A stretch of 29,548 bases of DNA, from assembly GCA_036478655.1 (NCBI GenBank), contig JAZGEG010000010.1:1-29548 (forward strand), read 5' to 3'. Under the pieces are notes generated by a model. The model was not told where the DNA came from. It ran no database searches and saw only the letters and a list, made by a program, of their open reading frames with translations. This DNA comes from Candidatus Aenigmatarchaeota archaeon. Its GTDB lineage: Archaea > Aenigmatarchaeota > Aenigmatarchaeia > QMZP01 > QMZT01. Of the stretch, positions 1-7,417 are shown piece by piece. Within the stretch, counting starts at the first letter, position 1, and each line of letters starts with the position of its first letter. Made by a program: the position numbers and the translations under genes.

Positions 1-1
1 T

Positions 2-322
2 CCTAATCGTCCTCTTCTGGAGATATATCATTTGAATGAGGGATTATGGGAAAAAATCCAATTAAATAGACCAATTGGGGGATTCCAAGACTGCATAAAT
101 GGAACTGTAAGAGGGAATTACATTACCTGGTGCGATGTTGTGGCTTGTTCGCCTGGAATTGTTAATTATCCATCTGAATACGAATGGGACATGAAAGTTT
201 TCGAGATAAAAGAAGGTTTATGCGAAAACGAAACATATACTTATCATGAAAAAGTTGATGTGTCCCCGGGGACATACAAAGCAAAATACGGGATGGCAGA
301 AGCGGTTTTTAACATTCAATGA
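2..322 (+). CDS. 3' part of a hypothetical protein; the frame is open from the window edge
   Basis: The track ORF at 32 starts on TTG, but the same frame has no stop back to position 2 (PNRPLLEIYHLNEGLWEK...). AT-rich, several Cys, no recognised motif. Overlaps the convergent gene by 14 bp. Confidence 0.6.
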   Translation, partial: PNRPLLEIYHLNEGLWEKIQLNRPIGGFQDCINGTVRGNYITWCDVVACSPGIVNYPSEYEWDMKVFEIKEGLCENETYTYHEKVDVSPGTYKAKYGMAEAVFNIQ

Positions 323-866
323 TCTCTTTCTCGGTTATTATCTTGTGTATGCGGACGTCCTTCCCGTCCGTGGGTATGTGGTTGACGATCTGGAGGTCAT
401 AGGCCAGAGCGATCAGAGGGATGTTCTTTTTCAAGGTTTTCAGGAACCTGTCGTAGAAGCCCATCCCGTACCCGACCCTGTTCCCCTTCTTGTCAAAAGC
501 GATCCCAGGGATCACGACGAGGTCGATCTTGTCCAGGGGGAAATCCTTTGGTTTTTTCGGCTCTGGTATGCCGAACGCCCCCGGCTCGAGTTCATCGAGG
601 TTGTTTATCTCGGATATCAGGAGGGTTTTTTCCTTGAGATTCGCGAAGGGGACGAGTATTCGTTTTCCCTTTTCGAGGGATTCCGATATCATCTTGTCCG
701 TCCTTACCTCACCCCTTACAGAGACGTAGAAAAGGATTATCTTGGCTTTCTTGAATTCAGGGAGCGAGAACATCTTGCCCTTTATTGCACAGTCCTTGCA
801 GAACCTGTCTTCTCCTTTATGATTCTCCCTGGCCGAGAGGATTTTCTTTCGTATGAGGTGTTTCAT
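309..866 (-). CDS. fau: 5-formyltetrahydrofolate cyclo-ligase
   Basis: Family motifs YVSVRGEVRT, FGIPEP, DLVVIPGIAFDKKGNRVGYGMGFYDRFL and HDV-like 'DGKDVRIHKIITE'. Confidence 0.93.
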   Translation of the reverse strand: MKHLIRKKILSARENHKGEDRFCKDCAIKGKMFSLPEFKKAKIILFYVSVRGEVRTDKMISESLEKGKRILVPFANLKEKTLLISEINNLDELEPGAFGIPEPKKPKDFPLDKIDLVVIPGIAFDKKGNRVGYGMGFYDRFLKTLKKNIPLIALAYDLQIVNHIPTDGKDVRIHKIITEKEIIEC

Positions 867-982
867 GTATAGAATATAGATTTTTGGATTAAAAAATTCA
901 CCTCAACAGCAAAGATTTTTATTCTTTAGGTTCATATTTATTCTATTGATATTTTTGTGCTCGTTAAAGGGGGGTGTGTTTG

Positions 983-3223
983 ATGGAAAAAGAAGTTAAG
1001 GTTGATGTGGAGTTGGCGAAAAATTTGGGACTTACGGAAGAGGAGTTTGATAAAATAAAGGAATTGCTCGGGAGAGAACCGAATTTCACCGAACTGGGGG
1101 TCTTCTCGGCCATGTGGTCTGAGCATTGCAGCTATAAAAATTCACGCAGGCTGTTTACACAGTTTCCCACCAAAGGCAAACAGGTATTGGTGGGCGCGGG
1201 GGAAGAAAATTCTGGAATCATTGATATAGGAGACGGTCTCGGGGTTGCCTTTAAGATAGAATCGCACAACCACCCCTCAGCAGTGGAACCTTTTGAGGCC
1301 TCAGCCACGGGCATCGGCGGATGCTTAAGGGACATATTTACAACAGGGGCAAGGCCTGTCGCTGGTCTGGCTGCATTGAGGTTTGGAAGTCTGGATAACG
1401 AAAGGGTTAAGTTCCTGTTTAAAGAGGTCATCAGGGGGTTGGCTCATTACGCCAATACAGCGGAGGTTAATGCGGTTGGCGGGGATGTCTATTTTGACGA
1501 GAGTTATGAAGGCAATCCCTTGGTTAACGCCTTTGTTGTGGGTATAGTAAAACATGATAATATTGTCAGGGGAGCTGCGTACGGGGTGGGAAATCCCGTA
1601 TATTACATAGGAAGGGATACGGGCAGAGACGGTGTAGGAGGAGCGAGCTTTGCTTCCAAGGAAATCACCGAGGAGTCTGATTCTGAGAAGGGAGCAGTTG
1701 CCATAGGCGATCCAGAGCTAGGGAAACGTTTAAGAGAGGCTTGTGTGGAGTTGATAGAAAAGGGGCTTGTCGTGGGGATGCAGGATATGGGAGCGGCAGG
1801 ACTTACATGCTCTTCCTGCGAAACGGCTTCAAGAAGCGAGACGGGCATTGAGATAGACGTTAGCTTAGTTCCCCAGTGCGAAAAGGGGATGACACCTTAT
1901 GAAATCCTCTTGTCCGAATCTCAGGAGAGGATGCTCGCCATCCTAAAGGAGGGTGAGGAAGAAGAGGCACTGGATATTCTGAAGAAGTGGGATGTCAATG
2001 CGGTAAAGATCGGAAAGGTAACAGATGATAAGATAATGAGGGTCAAGGAAGCGGGCGTGGTGGTTTGCGAGGTCCCCGCAGAAGCCCTGACGAAAAAGGC
2101 GCCCCTGTATGAGAGGGAATCTGCCGAACCTGCCTACTTGAAGGAAACGCAAAAGCTGAACCGCGAATCTTTGAAAGAACCGGACGACTTCAATGAAGTC
2201 TTACTACAATTACTTAACTCCCCTACTATTGCCAGCAAAGAATCGGAATATAAAAAATTCACTGCTCTGGACAAAGACGAAGTTAAAGTGGGTGCAGGCT
2301 CAGACGCGGCTGTGGTTAAAGTTAAAGGAACCAACAAGGCCTTGGTAATAAGCGTGGATTGCAACGGCAGGTATTGCTATCTGAATCCCCACCATGGAGC
2401 GATGATGACAGTAGCCGAGGCGGCGAGAAATATAGTTTGCGCCGGCGGAAGACCGCTTGCAATTACGGACGGTTTAAATTTTGGAAACCCGATGAAGCCT
2501 GAAAACTACTGGCAGTTTGAAAAGTGCATAGAAGGGCTTTCCAAGGCATGCACCGTCTTAAAGACGCCAGTTATCAGCGGAAACGTAAGCTTCTATAATG
2601 AAAACCCCAAGGGGGCGGTAGACCCAAGCCCGATAGTGGGCATGGTAGGGCTGATAGAAGATGCGGATAAATACGTTACCCAGGATTTTAAGAGCGAAGG
2701 CGATTTAATAGTCCTTTTGGGTGAGAACAAAGCCGATCTCTCAGGCAGCGAATACCTATACTTGGTGCACAACCAAAAAAAGGGCAATCCCCAGATAGAT
2801 ATGGACATGGAAAAAGCGGTTCAGGAAGCATGCCTTGAAGCGATCGGATCAGGTATTATCAATTCCGCCCATGATTGTTCTGAGGGGGGATTGGCAGTGA
2901 CGCTGGCTGAATCATGTATTTCAAACGCAAGCCAGATGTTGGGTGCGGTGATAAAACTGGACAGCCTGAAAAGCAACGATATAAGGCTGGATGAGATTCT
3001 GTTTGGTGAATCCCCTTCGAGGATAATGGTTTCTCTGAACAAGGATAACCTAAGCGCTTTAGAGGAGATAGCAAAGAAACATTCCATCCCTTATTGCATT
3101 TTGGGTGAAGTCAGCGGTGAAAAGCTCGTAATTCAATGCAAAGAAAAAACGATAACAGACCTTCCCTTGACGAGGCTAAGCGATACTTGGAGGGAGGCGA
3201 TTCCCTCTAGACTAGGGAAATAG
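983..3223 (+). CDS. purL: Phosphoribosylformylglycinamidine synthase subunit PurL (small, single-subunit type)
   Basis: Motifs MWSEHCSYK, KIESHNHPS, DMGAAGLT, SESQERM, GNVSFYN and HDCSEGG. I chose the ATG at 983 (G-rich SD-like run just upstream) over the track's GTG at 974. Confidence 0.96.
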   Translation: MEKEVKVDVELAKNLGLTEEEFDKIKELLGREPNFTELGVFSAMWSEHCSYKNSRRLFTQFPTKGKQVLVGAGEENSGIIDIGDGLGVAFKIESHNHPSAVEPFEASATGIGGCLRDIFTTGARPVAGLAALRFGSLDNERVKFLFKEVIRGLAHYANTAEVNAVGGDVYFDESYEGNPLVNAFVVGIVKHDNIVRGAAYGVGNPVYYIGRDTGRDGVGGASFASKEITEESDSEKGAVAIGDPELGKRLREACVELIEKGLVVGMQDMGAAGLTCSSCETASRSETGIEIDVSLVPQCEKGMTPYEILLSESQERMLAILKEGEEEEALDILKKWDVNAVKIGKVTDDKIMRVKEAGVVVCEVPAEALTKKAPLYERESAEPAYLKETQKLNRESLKEPDDFNEVLLQLLNSPTIASKESEYKKFTALDKDEVKVGAGSDAAVVKVKGTNKALVISVDCNGRYCYLNPHHGAMMTVAEAARNIVCAGGRPLAITDGLNFGNPMKPENYWQFEKCIEGLSKACTVLKTPVISGNVSFYNENPKGAVDPSPIVGMVGLIEDADKYVTQDFKSEGDLIVLLGENKADLSGSEYLYLVHNQKKGNPQIDMDMEKAVQEACLEAIGSGIINSAHDCSEGGLAVTLAESCISNASQMLGAVIKLDSLKSNDIRLDEILFGESPSRIMVSLNKDNLSALEEIAKKHSIPYCILGEVSGEKLVIQCKEKTITDLPLTRLSDTWREAIPSRLGK

Positions 3224-3283
3224 GGCAAAGCGCTGCGGAGCACGCGAAGAAGAGGTTTTGATTCTGTTTCCGGACATGCAAGC

Positions 3284-3292
3284 TTTTAAATA
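3284..3292 (+). promoter_or_regulatory. Archaeal TATA-like box upstream of the CxxC-x17-CxxC gene
   Basis: TTTTAAATA about 60 nt upstream of the ATG at 3353. An AAGGAG SD lies at about 3338-3343. Confidence 0.45.
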
Positions 3293-3352
3293 GCAAGTTG
3301 AAAGATAAAGGACATATAATAGAATAAATCATAAAAAAAGGAGTTAATTGGT

Positions 3353-3529
3353 ATGGCGTTTAGAGAAAGGCACTCCGATAGAAGAGAAGGCAGGAGAGAC
3401 TTCGGGCCCAGAGAGATGCACAAGGCAGTCTGTGCTGATTGTGGTCAAGAATGTGAAGTTCCGTTCAAACCCACAGAGGGTAGGCCAGTCTTTTGTAGAG
3501 AGTGCTTTGCCAAGAAGAGAAGAGAGTAG
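3353..3529 (+). CDS. CxxC-x17-CxxC domain small zinc-binding protein (58 aa)
   Basis: Hand translation: MAFRERHSDRREGRRDFGPREMHKAVCADCGQECEVPFKPTEGRPVFCRECFAKKRRE*. It has exact C-x2-C-x17-C-x2-C spacing, the family motifs 'VPFKP' and 'GRPVFC', and an AAGGAG SD. It is below the ORF-track length cut-off. Confidence 0.93.
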   Translation: MAFRERHSDRREGRRDFGPREMHKAVCADCGQECEVPFKPTEGRPVFCRECFAKKRRE

Positions 3530-3652
3530 ATTTGCAGTACATCGAGAATCGATAATTCTGTAGATACACTTAAGATCGGTCTTAGTTGCAGGTATGCCGT
3601 TTCTTCTAAAGGGGGGGACAAATTTTATAAAACACCTAACGATAGAATAGGT

Positions 3653-4045
3653 ATGAAAGTTCTCATCATATGTGGTAGCGAATCCGATCTCGAGGTCGCA
3701 AGGAAGGCAGAGGACGTTTTGAAGGACAACAAGATTCCTTTCGAAATCCACATCTCCTCCGCTCACAGGGATCCCGGGGGAACGGAGAAGCTCGTCAAGC
3801 ACGCGGATGCGGATGTGATAATAGCTGTGGCGGGTTTATCCGCGGCACTGCCCGGGTTCATCGCCTCGCACACGGACAAGCCCGTTATCGGCGTGCCTGT
3901 GAATGTCAAGCTTGACGGCCTGGACTCTCTGCTTTCGGTCATGCAGATGCCAAGCGGGGTTCCGGTCGCGACCGTGGGGATAGACAACGCGAAGAATGCG
4001 GCGCACCTAGCGATCAGGATTCTCAAGCTCAAGAAAGGTGAGTGA
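3653..4045 (+). CDS. purE: N5-carboxyaminoimidazole ribonucleotide mutase / AIR carboxylase catalytic subunit
   Basis: Motifs [35 protein letters not shown] and NAAHLA. Confidence 0.95.
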   Translation: MKVLIICGSESDLEVARKAEDVLKDNKIPFEIHISSAHRDPGGTEKLVKHADADVIIAVAGLSAALPGFIASHTDKPVIGVPVNVKLDGLDSLLSVMQMPSGVPVATVGIDNAKNAAHLAIRILKLKKGE

Positions 4046-5071
4046 ATGGGAATTACATACAAGGACGCGGGCGTTGATATAGATGCGGGAAAAGAAGCTG
4101 TTGACAGGATAAAGGATTACGTGAAGCGCACGTTCAACTCAAGCGTTGTTCTCGGCGTAGGTAGCTTTGGCGGAGCGATAAACACGGAAAGGATAAAGGG
4201 CATGAAAGAGCCTGTTCTTGTCGCGAGCATAGACGGCGTGGGAACGAAGCTGAAGGTCGCTTCTGCTATGGGCAAATGGGATACTGTCGGAAAGGACATA
4301 GTAAATCACTCTGCAAACGATGTACTCGCGGTTGGAGCGGAACCATTTTATTTTCTTGATTACATAGCCACTGAAAAGATGAAGCCGGAGATAGTTGAAC
4401 AGATCTTGAAGGGAATGTCAGAGGCGTGTTCAGAACTCGGGATGCCCCTCATAGGAGGAGAGATCGCCGAGATGCCCGGGGTGTATGTGAAAGGAGAGCA
4501 TGACATAGTTGGTTGTATAAACGGGATAGTTGAAAAGAGGATGGTGATCGATGGTTCCGGGATAAAGGAGAACGACGCCTTGATAGGGCTGCATTCAACC
4601 GGCCTTCATACAAACGGCTTTTCCCTTGCAAGGAAGGTCCTCCTCTCGAAATACAACGTTAAGGATTTTGTTGAAGAGATAGGGATGACCGTGGGCGAGG
4701 CGCTTCTTACACCTCACAAAGCATACGTGAACGAAGTGAGGGAACTCAGGAAGGATTCCGAAATCCGCGGGATCGCGCACATAACAGGAGGGGGCCTGGT
4801 TGAAAACGTTCCAAGGATAATCCCCCATGGCCTTGGTGTCGAAATTAACAAGAAAGAGATTCCGGTTCTGCCAATTTTCAGGCTCATACAGAAAGAAGGC
4901 GACGTCCCCGAGGAAGACATGTGGAGGACCTTCAACATGGGCATAGGGCTGGTTTTGGTTTTGCCTGGGGAACAGGCGGAAAAAGCGGTCACTAAACTTA
5001 AATCCCTGGGAGCGGACGCTTCCCTGATAGGGAAAGTGGTTAAAGGAAGCGGGGTGAAGTTCAATGGATGA
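4046..5071 (+). CDS. purM: Phosphoribosylformylglycinamidine cyclo-ligase (AIR synthetase)
   Basis: Motifs TYKDAGVDI, DGVGTK, GGEIAEMPG, GLHTNGFSL, AHITGGG and TFNMGIG. It abuts the purE stop. Confidence 0.96.
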   Translation: MGITYKDAGVDIDAGKEAVDRIKDYVKRTFNSSVVLGVGSFGGAINTERIKGMKEPVLVASIDGVGTKLKVASAMGKWDTVGKDIVNHSANDVLAVGAEPFYFLDYIATEKMKPEIVEQILKGMSEACSELGMPLIGGEIAEMPGVYVKGEHDIVGCINGIVEKRMVIDGSGIKENDALIGLHSTGLHTNGFSLARKVLLSKYNVKDFVEEIGMTVGEALLTPHKAYVNEVRELRKDSEIRGIAHITGGGLVENVPRIIPHGLGVEINKKEIPVLPIFRLIQKEGDVPEEDMWRTFNMGIGLVLVLPGEQAEKAVTKLKSLGADASLIGKVVKGSGVKFNG

Positions 5072-6038
5072 TGATGCTATAAGTAAACAGCTCGAAAACA
5101 CCCTGGAGAAAACGGACTTCCCTGAACTCGGGAGCAAATACGAGGGGAAGGTAAGGGATAACTACACGCAGGAGGACAAAAGGATTATAATAACCACCGA
5201 TAGGATTTCTGCCTTTGACAGGGTTCTGGGGACGATCCCCTTCAAGGGACAGGTCCTGAGCCAGCTGGCTTCTTTCTGGTTCGATAAAACAAAACATCTC
5301 GTTAGGAATCACATGATCGATTCACCCGACCCGAACGTCATGGTGGTGAGTGAATGCAAGCCCATTCCCGTGGAGATGGTGGTCAGAGGCTACATAACGG
5401 GCGTCACTAAAACATCAGCATGGTACAACTATTCCAAGGGCGTGAGGAATTTCTGCGGGGTCCGCTTGCCCGAAGGGCTGAAAAAGGACCAGAAATTCGA
5501 TAGCCCGATAATCACACCGACCACGAAGGCTGAGCACGGTGAGCACGACAGGTCGATATCCCCCGAAGAAATCATTTCAGAAGGCATCCTTTCAAAGGAA
5601 ATGTGGGAAAAACTCAAGGAAATAAGCTTCAAGCTCTTCGGCTTTGGAGTGGAGTGGGCGAAGAAGAACGGCCTGATACTCGTGGACACCAAGTACGAGT
5701 TCGGCCTTATAGGTGATGAAATAGTTCTAATGGATGAGATACACACGCCCGACTCCTCGAGGTTCTGGTTCGCGGACGCGTATCAGGAACTCTTCAAAAA
5801 AGGTGAGGAGCAGAGGAAGCTCGACAAGGAATACGTGAGGACATGGCTGGCTGAACAGGGTTTCATAGGTGACGGAACCCCTCCAAGACTCACGGATGAA
5901 GTGCGAACGGAAGCCGCTAAGAGGTACATACGGGCATACGAGATCATAACAGGGGAGAAGTTCATGGTTGTTGAAAAACCCGTTACTGAGAGGATAAAGG
6001 AAAACCTAAGGGTAAAAGGATATCTGAAAGGAGGATGA
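5064..6038 (+). CDS. purC: SAICAR synthase
   Basis: Motifs GKVRDNY, TDRISAFD, VRGYITG, TPTTKA, DTKYEFG, DEIHTPDSSRFW and LDKEYVR. Overlaps purM by 8 bp. Confidence 0.96.
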   Translation: MDDDAISKQLENTLEKTDFPELGSKYEGKVRDNYTQEDKRIIITTDRISAFDRVLGTIPFKGQVLSQLASFWFDKTKHLVRNHMIDSPDPNVMVVSECKPIPVEMVVRGYITGVTKTSAWYNYSKGVRNFCGVRLPEGLKKDQKFDSPIITPTTKAEHGEHDRSISPEEIISEGILSKEMWEKLKEISFKLFGFGVEWAKKNGLILVDTKYEFGLIGDEIVLMDEIHTPDSSRFWFADAYQELFKKGEEQRKLDKEYVRTWLAEQGFIGDGTPPRLTDEVRTEAAKRYIRAYEIITGEKFMVVEKPVTERIKENLRVKGYLKGG

Positions 6039-6042
6039 TGTT

Positions 6043-7377
6043 ATGGCGATACACCCGATCGAGTACCGGTATTATTCGGATGATATGAAGAAGGTTTTTG
6101 ATGAGGAGACGAAATTGCAGACATGGCTTGATGTTGAGTCTGCGCTGGCGAAAGCCCAAGCGAAGCTCGGGAACATCCCGAGGAAGGCTGCCGTAAAGAT
6201 CGTGAAGAAGGCAAACATAAAATACGTCAAGCTGAAAAGGGTTAAACAGATAGACAAACAGATACACCACGACCTCATGGCGATGGTGAAAGCTCTGACA
6301 GAAGTTTGCGGCAGCGATGGTAAATACGTTCATTACGGTTCGACCTCTTACGACATTGAAGACACAGCACTCGCCCTCCAGCTGAAGGGGGCAATCGAAA
6401 TCATCGAGAAGGACTTGAAAGCGCTGAAAAAGGTCCTGGTTGGCCTGACAAAGAGATACAAGAAAGTGGTATGTATCGGGAGGACGCACGGCCAGCACGC
6501 GGTCCCGACAACGTACGGCCTGAAATTCGCAAACTGGCTGTGCGAAGTCCAGAGGGGCACTGACCGCCTGGAACAGGTGAAAAAGCGAATTCTTGTCGGG
6601 AAGATGACAGGAGCTGTAGGGACGCAGGCGACATTCGGGAAGAACGCGAGGGAATTGCAGAGACTTGTCATGAAAGACCTCGGACTGGAATCTGTCATGG
6701 TCTCCACCCAGGTTGTCCAGAGGGACAGGCATGCGGAACTCGTTTTCGCTCTTGCCCTAATAGGCTCGACCATGGAGAAGATCGCCAAGGAGATAAGAAA
6801 CCTCCAGAGAACGGAGATAGCGGAGGTTCTGGAGAAGTTCGGGGAGAAGCAGGTCGGGAGCTCGACCATGCCGCACAAGAGGAACCCATGGAAATCAGAA
6901 AACGTCTGCTCGCTCGCCAGGGTCCTGAAATCGCACGTTTCCATAGCCCTCGATAACAACCCGCTCGAGCACGAGAGGGACCTCACTAATTCCGCTAACG
7001 AGAGGATAATCTTCCCTGAGAGTTTCATGCTCCTTGACTTCATGCTGAGGAGGCTGACAGGGATTCTTGAGAACCTCGAGCTCCACCCGGAGAACATAAG
7101 GAGGAACCTCGACCTGACCAAAGGCCTTGTGATGAGCGAACACTTCATGATAGGCATGGTGAAGAAAGGGATCGGGAGGCAGGATGCGCACGAGATCCTC
7201 CGGACATCAGCGATGGAATCTTACAGGAAGAACGTCCCCCTGAAACAGATACTCATGAAGAACCCGGTCGTTAAAAAGAGGTTCACGAAAAGGGAGATGA
7301 GCCATTACCTCGACCCTAAAAACTATATCGGCACCGCGATCCAGCAGGTGGACAGCGTTCTGAGGGCGGTCAGGTAA
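6043..7377 (+). CDS. purB: Adenylosuccinate lyase (archaeal type)
   Basis: N-terminus AIHPIEYRY, GRTHGQHA, signature GSSTMPHKRNP and HERDLTNS. GGAGG SD upstream. Confidence 0.96.
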   Translation: MAIHPIEYRYYSDDMKKVFDEETKLQTWLDVESALAKAQAKLGNIPRKAAVKIVKKANIKYVKLKRVKQIDKQIHHDLMAMVKALTEVCGSDGKYVHYGSTSYDIEDTALALQLKGAIEIIEKDLKALKKVLVGLTKRYKKVVCIGRTHGQHAVPTTYGLKFANWLCEVQRGTDRLEQVKKRILVGKMTGAVGTQATFGKNARELQRLVMKDLGLESVMVSTQVVQRDRHAELVFALALIGSTMEKIAKEIRNLQRTEIAEVLEKFGEKQVGSSTMPHKRNPWKSENVCSLARVLKSHVSIALDNNPLEHERDLTNSANERIIFPESFMLLDFMLRRLTGILENLELHPENIRRNLDLTKGLVMSEHFMIGMVKKGIGRQDAHEILRTSAMESYRKNVPLKQILMKNPVVKKRFTKREMSHYLDPKNYIGTAIQQVDSVLRAVR

Positions 7378-7417
7378 AAGTCATAAGCGACAGAGAAAGT
7401 TTTCGTGGAATGTGCCA

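Noticed and set aside
246-872. 208-aa plus-strand ORF
   Set aside because: It is an antisense shadow of the clearly identified 5-formyl-THF cyclo-ligase.
965-974. TAAAGGGGGG shared upstream of purL (965-974) and purE (3607-3616) as a pur operator or phase-variable tract
   Set aside because: The copies sit at different positions relative to the starts (SD vs upstream of TATA), a low-complexity 10-mer match is expected by chance, and the G runs are short.
3530-3590. SECIS element or tRNA-like structure
   Set aside because: There is no in-frame UGA gene nearby, and no cloverleaf or T-loop consensus.
3344-3802. Track ORFs 3348-3563 (+) and 3344-3802 (-)
   Set aside because: They are out-of-frame or antisense to the real CxxC-x17-CxxC gene and purE, and have no motifs.
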